Counted from the stretch's first letter, positions 9,096 through 18,897 are shown. The stretch is DNA of 64,000 nucleotides from Desulfomonilia bacterium (GCA_963664325.2 CAXXDQ010000005.1:64001-128000), one strand, 5' to 3'. Notes: generated from the letters alone by a model not told the origin. Made by a program: numbers and translations.

Positions 9096-9218
9096 TTCTT
9101 TAGTTCCTTCTTGCGGCCAACAATTAAAATACCAACTTAGTTTTTTCGATTTTTACAAGCCAATAATACTCATTTATCGTGATAAAGACAAATAGAAAGT
9201 GCTATAATATCAAATAAG

Positions 9219-9290
9219 GACAAATGGTACCTGGCCTAGATTCTTGACAAATTGATTAAATTGTCCCATTTCAAGGCCCGACACGAAGAC
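9219..9290. repeat. REP-like palindromic element, copy 2
   Basis: Direct repeat of 6716-6786 with a few substitutions and a 1-nt indel. Confidence 0.85.
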
Positions 9291-9674
9291 CCTTATGACC
9301 GCTCGACGCTGAAGCCGCTCATCGAAAGGCTCGAAAGGTATTTTTCATAGTAAACCATGATGGGTGAAATCCAAACCGATAAAAACCATCCCGGTATAAC
9401 TGTCATCTGAAACCTTGAAATTTTCTGTTTCATGAAAATAAAGGTTTATCGCAGATATGTATAGCCTGGCAGTTACAGTAACTACTTACAGTTATGGAAA
9501 CACTACCCTGACGGATTACCTGTAAAGGTTTTATGAAGATATGTCCTGTTTAGTTGAATTTCCATAACCTTTAAAGATTTAGACTTTGTAAAACAATGAA
9601 TTCGCCATTCTTTATAGCACTATACAGCATTGTTAATATTTAAATAGAATGTATATGTTGCTTATTTTTCCAAT

Positions 9675-10508
9675 TTAAAAGATGAGCATGTCGATACCAC
9701 CTGTTACCGGGATCACCGCCCCGGTGATGTAGGAAGCGGCATCCGAGGCAAGGAAGGCGACTACCTGTGCGACCTCATCAGGCCGGCCCAAACGTCTGAG
9801 TGCGGTCTTTTTCTCGATCCGCTCTCGCATGTGCGCATCATAGAGCTGCACCGCTTCGGTGGCAATGAATCCCGGGCAGACAGTATTGACCGTGATACCG
9901 TACTTGCCAGCTTCGATGGCCAGGGATTTGCTAAAACCTATAAGCCCTGCCTTGGTGGCACCGTACGATGGCTGCATCGAAGCCCCCATGAGACCCGCCA
10001 CTGAAGATATGTTTATTATACGGCCCCAGCCTTTCTTAACCATGCCTGGCCATACAGCCTTGCAGCAGTTGTACGACCCGGTGAGGTTGACATTAAGGTC
10101 CCGTTGCCAGCGTTCGGGTTGCTGCTCATCGAATTTTCCCAGGTTATCCATAACCGCGGCGTTGTTGACGAGGATATCGATGGTCCCGAACTCGGCCTCG
10201 ATCATGCTCACCACCTGATCGACCTCGTCCCTATCCGCCACATCCATCTTGTAGGCGAGGCTCCTTGAGCCCATGTCCTGAATCTCCTTTGCCCCGGAAA
10301 GAGTTTTAACATCGCCTGACCTTGCAAAATGCCCGGCAAGCGCGCTGTACCCGCTCAACCTCTCAGGGTCGTGCTCCTCGCTTTCCAGGAGGATGTCAGT
10401 CAGAACCACATCCGCGCCGGCACGGCCCAGGGCCAATGCGATGGCATGGCCCAATCCCCGCGATGCGCCGGTAACCAGGGCCACCTTTCCTTTCAGATCT
10501 ATCTGCAT
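9675..10508 (-). CDS. SDR oxidoreductase (FabG-like 3-oxoacyl reductase)
   Basis: TGASRGLG, NNAA, YGATK, PGFI motifs. Confidence 0.92.
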   Translation of the reverse strand: MQIDLKGKVALVTGASRGLGHAIALALGRAGADVVLTDILLESEEHDPERLSGYSALAGHFARSGDVKTLSGAKEIQDMGSRSLAYKMDVADRDEVDQVVSMIEAEFGTIDILVNNAAVMDNLGKFDEQQPERWQRDLNVNLTGSYNCCKAVWPGMVKKGWGRIINISSVAGLMGASMQPSYGATKAGLIGFSKSLAIEAGKYGITVNTVCPGFIATEAVQLYDAHMRERIEKKTALRRLGRPDEVAQVVAFLASDAASYITGAVIPVTGGIDMLIF

Positions 10509-10521
10509 AATATCTTACCTC

Positions 10522-11646
10522 TCAATACCATCCCCACTTATGGACGGCTTCATATAGGGCACGGACATTCTCCTTTTTAGCGTTGGCTGGCAGCGAGCAC
10601 CCGGAGGAAAGGATAAAGCCGCCGCCTTTGCCTACTGTCTCAATCAGACGCCTGCAATAGTCCATAACCTCTTCCCTTGACCCCAGCACCAGAAGTTCTG
10701 CAGGGACATCGCCCATGATGCACATGTGCCTGCCGAGGATCTCCTTTGCCTTGAAAATATCGGACTTGCCGTCCAGTTCAAGGATGCATTTCCGCGCAGG
10801 AAAACGCAGGAACAGATCGAAGAATCTTGTCCAGTTCGTATCGCAGTGAAGAATTGGCGTAATCCCCGCCGCTACCAGTCTGTTCACAGTGTACTCCAGG
10901 TCAGGCAGCACCAGGGTTTCAAAATTGCGGCGCGAAATGAAATCCGCTGAGGCGCGCGACATGCCGATGAAGACCCGCGGCACGCCGGTAAAGCGTGAGG
11001 TTATGATCGCCAGGTCCGCCATACCCTTGGCCCAGACCCTTCCGGCCGCCAGGATAGCGTCCTTGCGCTTGAAGGTGTCAGTGCTCATTGCCTTGATGCC
11101 CCGGCCTAATGAAAAGTACTCGTATAGAACCCCAGGATGAATGAAGCCTACGGCTACTTCCATGCCCCGGCTTTTCACCATCCCGGCATGGCGGCGATAC
11201 TCAAATATAGTCTTCGCGAGCGGCAGGAATCCTCGCAGCCCTTTCCAGGCAGGGTTAAGCCGCGCCATGACATCCATCATGAAACGCAGCATGCCTTTGT
11301 GTTCAAGCAGGGCATAATCGTCGGGTGTCAGCAATTCGGTTTCATGGAACTGATGGATGACATTGGCGGGCAGATCCCGTCCCGGGAGTTTGATGGCAGC
11401 TGCCACTCCCATCTGCAGCAGTACGGCATTAGCCGTATCGGCCAGAAAGGTCATGTCCCACGGCCCCAGTTCCGTGGCGGTTCTGATAACCGCCTCAATG
11501 CGTATGTCCCCTTGAGTCATGATTTCAGCACAAGTATAGCCCGCATAGGTCGCTGCATAATGGTCCAGCAAAGGGGCCACCGGCACCCGGTCAGGTTTCT
11601 GAAGCGCTACTACGGCCGCTATACGCTGTCTGGCGTTCATTGGCAT
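10522..11646 (-). CDS. Uroporphyrinogen decarboxylase-fold (MtaA/CmuA-type) methyltransferase
   Basis: PDRVPVAP, ILHCD, CIMGDV, GGGFILSSGC motifs. Confidence 0.85.
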   Translation of the reverse strand: MPMNARQRIAAVVALQKPDRVPVAPLLDHYAATYAGYTCAEIMTQGDIRIEAVIRTATELGPWDMTFLADTANAVLLQMGVAAAIKLPGRDLPANVIHQFHETELLTPDDYALLEHKGMLRFMMDVMARLNPAWKGLRGFLPLAKTIFEYRRHAGMVKSRGMEVAVGFIHPGVLYEYFSLGRGIKAMSTDTFKRKDAILAAGRVWAKGMADLAIITSRFTGVPRVFIGMSRASADFISRRNFETLVLPDLEYTVNRLVAAGITPILHCDTNWTRFFDLFLRFPARKCILELDGKSDIFKAKEILGRHMCIMGDVPAELLVLGSREEVMDYCRRLIETVGKGGGFILSSGCSLPANAKKENVRALYEAVHKWGWY

Positions 11647-12275
11647 ACCGCCCGGGCTATCTCCAGGGCCGCGATAGCGTCTTTGCCCCAGAAATCTGCG
11701 CCAATATCCTTCCGGACATAATCGTTGGTTACGCTGCCGCCGATCATGATCTTGACCTTGTCGCGAAGATTGGTCTTTGTGAATGCAGCAATGGTTTCCC
11801 TCGCGGCATCAAAGGCAGTAGTCAACAGCATGCTCATTCCCACAAGTGAAGCCCTGGATTCAATCACGGCATCCACAAAACACTGAGGAGGAGCGTCCAC
11901 TCCGATGTCGACTACCTTGAAGCCAGCGCACTCCAGTAGAGTTGCGACGATGTTCTTGCCAAGATCATGGATGTCGCCCTGCACAGTGCCGATGACGACA
12001 GCAGCGCCGCCTTTTGCAACAGCAGAGGTTTTGCAGAACGGCTTCAGAATGGCCATGGCCTTCTTGAAGATCTCCCCGGAATAGATCAGCTCGGTCAGGA
12101 AGTACTCCTCCTGCCGGAAGCGCTCCCCGACCTCGGCCATGCCTGCGGAAAGCTCAGTGATGATCACTTCAGGCATCATACCCCTGCTCAGGGATTGCTG
12201 AACCGATGCTTCCGCACCGGCTTCATCCAGATCTGCCAAGGCCCTGCCCAACTCACTCAGATTACTGTAAACCAT
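11637..12275 (-). CDS. Corrinoid (B12-binding) protein
   Basis: GDIHDLGKNIV (DxHxxG), VGMSMLLT, IMIGG; N-terminal cap domain. Confidence 0.93.
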   Translation of the reverse strand: MVYSNLSELGRALADLDEAGAEASVQQSLSRGMMPEVIITELSAGMAEVGERFRQEEYFLTELIYSGEIFKKAMAILKPFCKTSAVAKGGAAVVIGTVQGDIHDLGKNIVATLLECAGFKVVDIGVDAPPQCFVDAVIESRASLVGMSMLLTTAFDAARETIAAFTKTNLRDKVKIMIGGSVTNDYVRKDIGADFWGKDAIAALEIARAVCQ

Positions 12276-12338
12276 TCTTTCCCCCTCTCAATCTTCATGA
12301 GAAGTTGTTGAATCGGTCCAATGCCTGAGAAAAGACAT

Positions 12339-13181
12339 CTAATTGTAAAAGGTCGGCGCCAGGGCATAGCGGCCGGGCAGACGATGGTCGTGGCTGCCCA
12401 CGATCTCCAGATCGGGTTCTGAGCACATGAGTCTGTAAACCTGTTCAATGCTGGAACCTGCTTCCGGACCTTCGTTCACCAGCGAGGCCATGAACTTCGA
12501 TTTGGGTATCCTATGATCCAGCCCTTCCGGGAAGTAGAAGGTGTCCGCACTGAAGAGAAACCTCCTGCCTGACGGCATTGTCAGCATCATTCCCATAAGG
12601 CCCGGACTGTGGCCTGGAAGATCCACGAGCACCATGGAGCCGTCGCCGAATACATCATAAGAAGCCGGAAAGTTCAGTAAGGGCTTTGCCGGATCCGTCT
12701 TGATGAGCTCTTTCTCCAACCCCGGCACACAGAACTGCTCCTTGATAAAGGCATTCTTGAACAACTGTGCCCCTGAAAGCCCATTGGCAAAGTCCCACTC
12801 CTTTCTGTTTATGATAAAACGGGCATCAGGAAAGTCGCGTATACCACCGGCATGATCCCAATGCAGGTGCGAGATGATCACGTGCTTTACATCTGAAGGG
12901 TCAAACCCATATCGTGGCAGTTGATGCACCAGAGCGTCATGCCGTGGATCATATTGGGCGCGCATCACATAACGGTAGAATAACAGGTTGCCAAAATATA
13001 TCAATGGCTGCATCTCTTCATCGATATGTGTGCCTAACCCAGTATCAAAGAGCACCAGATCATGATCGCGTTCGATCAGAACGCTCAGTATGGGAAAGCG
13101 GATACTCTTAAAGCCTGCACCCTTTACGAACAGCCCTTTGATGACACGCCCGAAACCGGTAGCGAGAAAATATACCTTCAT
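12339..13181 (-). CDS. MBL-fold lactonase (N-acyl-homoserine lactonase family)
   Basis: LFDTG, SHLHWDHAG, PGHSPG, D and H metal ligands. Confidence 0.88.
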   Translation of the reverse strand: MKVYFLATGFGRVIKGLFVKGAGFKSIRFPILSVLIERDHDLVLFDTGLGTHIDEEMQPLIYFGNLLFYRYVMRAQYDPRHDALVHQLPRYGFDPSDVKHVIISHLHWDHAGGIRDFPDARFIINRKEWDFANGLSGAQLFKNAFIKEQFCVPGLEKELIKTDPAKPLLNFPASYDVFGDGSMVLVDLPGHSPGLMGMMLTMPSGRRFLFSADTFYFPEGLDHRIPKSKFMASLVNEGPEAGSSIEQVYRLMCSEPDLEIVGSHDHRLPGRYALAPTFYN

Positions 13182-13190
13182 TGTTTCACC

Positions 13191-13988
13191 TCAGTGGAAT
13201 ACGGCCCCGCCGCAGACATTGATGGCCTGGCCGGTGATGCCCTGAGCATCATTCGAAGCCAGGAATACAGCCATGGCGGCGATCTCCTGCACTTCAAGGA
13301 ACCGGTTTTGAAGACACCTGGACTTTGCAATTGCAATCACCTGTTCCTTTGGCATGTGGTACTGATCTGCGATCTGCTCCAAAGCACCTCCCGGCCCCAG
13401 CACAAGATCGGTGGCAACAATGCCGGGGCAGATCGCATTGACGGTAATTCGAGGGTGCCCTGCCATTGCAACTTCATGGGCCGCGGTCCTTGTAATGCCA
13501 AGCAGCGCATGCTTGGCTGCGGTATAGGAGCTGTTCTGCACGCTGGCCTGTTTGGCCTGAATGGAGGCCATGTTGATGATCCTTCCCCATCCCTGCTCCA
13601 TGATCCTGGGGAGAAAGGCCTTTGTGCAGTTATAATTGCCGAAGAGATGCACCTCGATAGTCCTGCGCCAATCGCGATCGTCGGCCTCCCAGATATTGGC
13701 CCGATGCCCCTCGACGCCGGCATTATTGACCAGGATGTGGACCTTTCCGAATTCCCGGATGGTCAACGCAACACAGGTATTCACATCCATGGGATTCGTG
13801 ACATCCATCTTCACCGCGAGAGCACGGCCACTTTTTCTGGCAATCTCTCCGGCCACTATGTCGGCGGATTTGTCATCAATGTCCGCCACCACGACAGAGG
13901 CCCCTTCATCCGCAAAGGCAAGACATATGGCACGTCCGATGCCGTTTCCACCGCCTGTAATTACCGCCACTCGATCTTCCAGGCGCAT
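13191..13988 (-). CDS. SDR oxidoreductase
   Basis: TGGGNGIG, NNAG, YTAAK motifs. Confidence 0.92.
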   Translation of the reverse strand: MRLEDRVAVITGGGNGIGRAICLAFADEGASVVVADIDDKSADIVAGEIARKSGRALAVKMDVTNPMDVNTCVALTIREFGKVHILVNNAGVEGHRANIWEADDRDWRRTIEVHLFGNYNCTKAFLPRIMEQGWGRIINMASIQAKQASVQNSSYTAAKHALLGITRTAAHEVAMAGHPRITVNAICPGIVATDLVLGPGGALEQIADQYHMPKEQVIAIAKSRCLQNRFLEVQEIAAMAVFLASNDAQGITGQAINVCGGAVFH

Positions 13989-13991
13989 ACA

Positions 13992-14831
13992 TCACCTCTT
14001 AATATCGCATGAATGCTGGAATTCCTTCGTTGCCATCCGGTCCAGAAGTGCGTCCGGCAGAAACCTGGCCAGCCTGTGCTGCACCGGGTTGTTGCTCACC
14101 AGATAGCGGGGTTTCGGATTCGAAATACTTAACGCCCGGTAAACAGCTTCGGCAACCGCTTCGGGCTTGAGTCCATTTGCTTTGGCCTCGGCCGTCTCAT
14201 GCTCAAGCTTTCTCTTATTGGCTTCATAAAATACAGTGCCGCGATACTGTTCTATCCTTCCCTCAATATCTCTGTCCCAGAGAGGCGTGTTTATGAGTGC
14301 CGGCTCTATGACAACGACCCTGACGCCCAGCGGCAACAGCTCGCGGCGCAGGGCGTCCGACCAGCCCTCGATGGCATGCTTGCTGGAGGCATATGGCCCT
14401 GAAAAGGGAGTGGCCACATACCCTGCCACACTCGACATGTTTATGATTCTCCCCTTTGATTTGAAGAGCATGGGAAAAAGCGCCTTCGTTATCCGGTGCG
14501 TCCCGAATACATTCACATTATACTGACTGACAAGCCGCTCCATAGGAAGGGCCATCAGCGGACCCGGACTGAATATCCCGGCGTTGTTGACAAGGCCGAA
14601 CAGACCCGTTCCCTGCTTCTCGATGAACGTCAGGACCTGTGCGACATCGTTGTCATTTGTTATATCGAGTCTCAGGGTGACTATGCCGCTCGTACCGCTC
14701 AGGTCATCCATCTCAGGCCCGGACATGTCCGTGGCATACACACCGAATCCTTTTCCGGCGAGTAAAAGCGCCGCAGCCCTTCCGATTCCCGATGCCGCAC
14801 CTGTGACAAGCACCCATTGCTTTGCATGCAT
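13992..14831 (-). CDS. SDR oxidoreductase (17beta-HSD/retinol dehydrogenase-like subgroup)
   Basis: TGAASGIG, GLVNNAG, YASSK, DALRREL, IEP motifs. Confidence 0.9.
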   Translation of the reverse strand: MHAKQWVLVTGAASGIGRAAALLLAGKGFGVYATDMSGPEMDDLSGTSGIVTLRLDITNDNDVAQVLTFIEKQGTGLFGLVNNAGIFSPGPLMALPMERLVSQYNVNVFGTHRITKALFPMLFKSKGRIINMSSVAGYVATPFSGPYASSKHAIEGWSDALRRELLPLGVRVVVIEPALINTPLWDRDIEGRIEQYRGTVFYEANKRKLEHETAEAKANGLKPEAVAEAVYRALSISNPKPRYLVSNNPVQHRLARFLPDALLDRMATKEFQHSCDIKR

Positions 14832-14842
14832 ACGCGTGATCC

Positions 14843-15871
14843 TTACTTGACCTTGATTCTGCGCTTTGTGGTGTCAATCCCAAGGAGACGTCCGAGATTG
14901 CCGCCGAAGATCTTGGCCTTGTCCTCGTCCGTTATGGGCGGATAGCCGTATTGGGCCTGCAGGTCCTCAGGGATCTGGAAATCTATGAATCCTTTGGTCG
15001 CTCCACGGATCTGAGCAGCATAGCCGGCATAGTCAGTACCCCAGGTGATCTTGTCCGGACCGACCCATCTCATGGCCTCGCCCAGAAGTTTGCCGAACTT
15101 GCGCGGCGCCGAGAAAGTCCAGGGCACAAGCAGGCTCAGGCAGATGTAGACATTGGGGTGCTGCATGGCAATCATGTTGAGGTCATCACTGTAGGGATAT
15201 CCCATATGGAAGGCATTGATCTTGAGTTCCGGGAAATCGCGCGCCACATCGTCGAGCTGCACCGGCAGGGCGTATTTGCTCTTGCCCGGCGGCACCCAGC
15301 AGAAACCTGTATGAATGTCGAGCACGATCCCCAACTCCTGAGCCTTTTCATAGAACGGCCATATCTCGGGGTCGTTCATGTAGGTGTCTTCAGGCGGGTA
15401 GAACTTGAATATCTTCGCACCCCGCTCCTTTACCCAGTAGGTCATCTCCTTGATGGTGTTCTGTACACCCTTGAACTTGATGGGTGAGACATTGGGCTGA
15501 AGCATGAAGCGCTCAGGATTGGTTTCCACGATCTTGGCCATCTGGCCGTTTGTCACCCAGCGGGTCGTATAGTTGGTGGAGTCCATCATGGACTCGGGAA
15601 GGAGGCAGGCGATGTCCACGCCATACCTGTCCATGGCCCAGATGATGTTCTCCGCAGTGGCATCCTTGAGCATCTCGCGTTCTTCCATGCCCTCGGCTAT
15701 GGGTGCAAGCATTTCCCAAGGGGCGCCGGTCATGAGCGGGCGTTTGATGTTGTCGATTGCCCGCCACCACATCTGCACCCCTGGAAAATAATTGATGTGA
15801 TCCATGTCGCCAACCAGGTGGCATTCGGGATCGATCTTGAAATAATTATCCTTGGGTATTTTCACTGACAT
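14843..15871 (-). CDS. Amidohydrolase-2 family protein (ring hydrolase/decarboxylase-like)
   Basis: IDPECH, FKFYP, IHTG, HMG.P, WGTDY motifs. Confidence 0.88.
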   Translation of the reverse strand: MSVKIPKDNYFKIDPECHLVGDMDHINYFPGVQMWWRAIDNIKRPLMTGAPWEMLAPIAEGMEEREMLKDATAENIIWAMDRYGVDIACLLPESMMDSTNYTTRWVTNGQMAKIVETNPERFMLQPNVSPIKFKGVQNTIKEMTYWVKERGAKIFKFYPPEDTYMNDPEIWPFYEKAQELGIVLDIHTGFCWVPPGKSKYALPVQLDDVARDFPELKINAFHMGYPYSDDLNMIAMQHPNVYICLSLLVPWTFSAPRKFGKLLGEAMRWVGPDKITWGTDYAGYAAQIRGATKGFIDFQIPEDLQAQYGYPPITDEDKAKIFGGNLGRLLGIDTTKRRIKVK

Positions 15872-15888
15872 AGTCGTCCTCCTTCTGA

Positions 15889-17247
15889 TTATCTAGGCGT
15901 ACGGCCCTGCAGCTGCCGCCAGCTCTTATCGATATATCCCAGTTCATTCTTCCACCATGGACGGTCAAGCGACGGCATTGGGGCTCTCATCAATCCTTCT
16001 GGGAGAATGGACTCATGTTTCTGCCACGGTCCGATCCTGTATTCATCCAGGGTGTATTCCCGTCCGAGGTTGGGGTTGTTGGGACAGGCCGGTGTTAAAC
16101 CGCTCAGACATCGCATGAGACAGGTGTTGCAGCGCGAGCACCTGACGATATCCTTGACTTTGCCTGCGGCGAGCTTGTTTGCGTATTCGGGATCGCAGAA
16201 AAGCTGGCGGCCGAGCGCCTGTATGTCATACTTGCCATCAGCAATATTCTTATCGATTTTAACCGGATCATGCTGTGAAGCCACAATCACCGGGATCTTG
16301 AGGGCCTTCTTAAAGGCCAGGCCATGCTCCGGGATGTGTTTGGAGCGGTCCATATCAGTGATGAGGTGCCCGCTTTCCTCGTAACCGGCTCCATCGGACA
16401 GGCTTATATAATCCAGGCCCCTGGCCTCAAGGTCTTTGGCCACATCAATCATTTCTTCCTCTGTGAGACCGCCCTGCATGTGCTCTTCTGCGCTGATGCG
16501 GCATCCGACGGCAACACCCGGACAGGCAAAACGGACCTGTTCGGCTATCTCCAGGAGAAAACGCTTGCGATTTCGCCATTCGCCGCCATACAGGTCTGTT
16601 CGCTTATTGGAAAGCGGGGACAGAAACTGATGCTCGATATAGCCATGAGGGGCATGGATCTCAATCACATCGAACCCGGCGATAACAGCCAGCTGGCAGC
16701 TCTGGGCGAATTCCTTCTGCTCCGAGCGGATCTCTTCAATTGTCATCTCCCGGGTCATTTGCCCTGTCATGAAGTATCTCGTATATTCAATAACAGCATA
16801 AAGGTCCGCTAAATGGTTGGGCGATTTCTCAGCTGCTATCTCATAGGGCAGTCCGGCGGTCGGCGCAGGCGCCAGCTTGTGGTGGTCATAGGAATGCCCC
16901 TGCCGGCCGAAACCGATGGTCATCTGAATGGCGGCCTTTGACCCGAAATAATGGATCCCCTCGGCGAGCATGCCGAGCCCCTGCAGATGGCCAGGATGGA
17001 AGAGATACAGGTTCCGTCCCCAGACAAATTCCGATGCGAGACGTGTTCCCATGACGGCCCCTGTGCTTACGAGGCCGGCCCCACCCTTGGCACGAGCCGA
17101 GAAGTACGCAAGCATCTGCTCCGTTGACTCGCCGCCAACACCCGACATGGTCTCGTTCATCGGGGCAAGAGCGATGCGGTTCTTCAACTCGACCGGACCA
17201 ATTTTTATCTTTGATAATACGTGTGAAAACTCCTTTTTTTCAGACAT
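15889..17247 (-). CDS. NADH:flavin oxidoreductase (old yellow enzyme / enoate reductase-like) with Fe-S motif
   Basis: LKNRIALAPM, AGFDVIEIHAPHGY, NKRTDLYGG, CSRCNTC...CPNNP. Confidence 0.9.
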   Translation of the reverse strand: MSEKKEFSHVLSKIKIGPVELKNRIALAPMNETMSGVGGESTEQMLAYFSARAKGGAGLVSTGAVMGTRLASEFVWGRNLYLFHPGHLQGLGMLAEGIHYFGSKAAIQMTIGFGRQGHSYDHHKLAPAPTAGLPYEIAAEKSPNHLADLYAVIEYTRYFMTGQMTREMTIEEIRSEQKEFAQSCQLAVIAGFDVIEIHAPHGYIEHQFLSPLSNKRTDLYGGEWRNRKRFLLEIAEQVRFACPGVAVGCRISAEEHMQGGLTEEEMIDVAKDLEARGLDYISLSDGAGYEESGHLITDMDRSKHIPEHGLAFKKALKIPVIVASQHDPVKIDKNIADGKYDIQALGRQLFCDPEYANKLAAGKVKDIVRCSRCNTCLMRCLSGLTPACPNNPNLGREYTLDEYRIGPWQKHESILPEGLMRAPMPSLDRPWWKNELGYIDKSWRQLQGRTPR

Positions 17248-17334
17248 TTATATCCCTCCCATCTTTTATAGTGAAACCCGACATTCCCGCCCTGCATGAA
17301 TCAATGAGGAACAGATAACATCGTTTTTACAGGC

Positions 17335-18897
17335 TCAATTGACCTTCCTCTCTCTGCCCTGCCAGAAGCTTTCCTTTATTTTCTTCTTTTCGATCTTTCC
17401 CACGATGGTCTTGGGGATGGCATCCCAGAAGGCCACTGCCTTTGGGCACTTGTAGCCGGCGAGTTTGAGTTTGCAGTGTTCCATGATATCCTGTTCCGTG
17501 GCCTGCTGCCCAGGCTTGAGGACCACCACGGCCTGAACGATCTCACCCCACTTGGGATCAGGCGCGGAAACCACGCTGCATTCCTGCACTGCCGGATGCT
17601 GGTAGATGATATCCTCGACCTCCTTGGGATACACGTTTTCCCCGCCGGAGATGATCATGTCGGCCTTGCGGTCGGTCATGTAGATATAGCCGCCATCATC
17701 CATGAAACCCATGTCGCCCATGTGCAGCCATCCTCCGCGCAGGACCTCGGCCGTGAGCTTGGGGTTTTTCCAGTAGCCCAGCATGACGTGCTTGCCCTTG
17801 ACGCAGATCTCGCCGATTTCATTGTTCGGTACGGGGTTGTCGTTCTCGTCTAAGATTTTAACACGCGAACATGGAGCTTCCTTTCCTGCGCTGGTAAGGT
17901 ATTTGGTTTTCGGCCCCTTCAACTGATGATCATCCCAGCTCAGCATAGTCACAGGCGCGCCTGCGGTCTCTGTGGAGCCGTAGCCCTGGGCGAAGATATT
18001 GCCGAATTTTTTTATGCAGCGGATAAGGACCTCGGTTGGGAAAGGGCTGCCCGCATAGGACAGTATGCGCAGGCTCGTTAGATCGTATTTCTCGATATTG
18101 GGATAGTCCACCATCCAGCCGTAGATTGTTGGCACCAGGTTCATGTGTGTGCACTTCTCGTCCTGGATGAGTTTGAATATCATATCGAGATTTGGTTTTC
18201 GGTTGATGCAGACCTTGCCGCAAACGGTCATGATCGCCAGGATCGGCCACCACGAGACATGGAAAATCGGAAGCACATAGCAGGTGGCGTCATCGCGATT
18301 CAAATTCATTCCCAATGCCGCCTGGATGCCGGAGAGAACACAGTTGCGGTGAGAGAGCATCACGCCCTTGGGCAGTCCGGTGGTTCCTCCGGTGTACATG
18401 AGGATAGCAAGATCGTCTTCCTGCACGTCATATTCATCGAGGTCGGGTTCGGCTTCAGTTGCCTTCTTTAATAAGCTCTCATAGTCGAGGAAGCCATTAA
18501 GCGGATTGTCGAAGCTGATCCATGTCTTGACGTTACCCAGCTTCGGTGTAAGCGCACGCACCTTTTCCTCATAGCCGTCGCCCACGACCAGAAGGGTGGC
18601 CTCGCTGTCATTGGTTATGTAGACGATCTCATCATCGCCGAGCCTCGTATTGAGCGGGGTTACGCTCATGCCAAGCTTGGCGGCCGCAAAATAGGCCTCG
18701 AGATATTTGGAGCAGTTGTCGGCCATCACCGTGATTCGGCCGCCCTTCCTGCAGCCGAGAGCAACCAGTGCATTGGCAAAACGATTGATGCGGTCGTTGA
18801 ATTCGCTGTAAGTCCAGCGTGCGCCTTCAAACACGACAGCGGTCCTGTCCGGGTAGCTGACAGCCGCGGTGCGGGGAATATCGCCCAGAGTGTACAT
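17335..18897 (-). CDS. Acyl-CoA synthetase (AMP-forming CoA ligase)
   Basis: YTGGTTGLPKG, GYGSTE, GD.G, ISGGENVYP, GK motifs. Confidence 0.94.
   Translation of the reverse strand: MYTLGDIPRTAAVSYPDRTAVVFEGARWTYSEFNDRINRFANALVALGCRKGGRITVMADNCSKYLEAYFAAAKLGMSVTPLNTRLGDDEIVYITNDSEATLLVVGDGYEEKVRALTPKLGNVKTWISFDNPLNGFLDYESLLKKATEAEPDLDEYDVQEDDLAILMYTGGTTGLPKGVMLSHRNCVLSGIQAALGMNLNRDDATCYVLPIFHVSWWPILAIMTVCGKVCINRKPNLDMIFKLIQDEKCTHMNLVPTIYGWMVDYPNIEKYDLTSLRILSYAGSPFPTEVLIRCIKKFGNIFAQGYGSTETAGAPVTMLSWDDHQLKGPKTKYLTSAGKEAPCSRVKILDENDNPVPNNEIGEICVKGKHVMLGYWKNPKLTAEVLRGGWLHMGDMGFMDDGGYIYMTDRKADMIISGGENVYPKEVEDIIYQHPAVQECSVVSAPDPKWGEIVQAVVVLKPGQQATEQDIMEHCKLKLAGYKCPKAVAFWDAIPKTIVGKIEKKKIKESFWQGRERKVN

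Noticed and set aside
12339-13181. Quorum-quenching role for the lactonase
   Set aside because: Family motif alone is insufficient; its position within a catabolic operon favours a pathway lactone or ester substrate
13062-14012. 316-aa + strand ORF
   Set aside because: Antisense shadow of the SDR gene at 13191-13988; no motifs of its own
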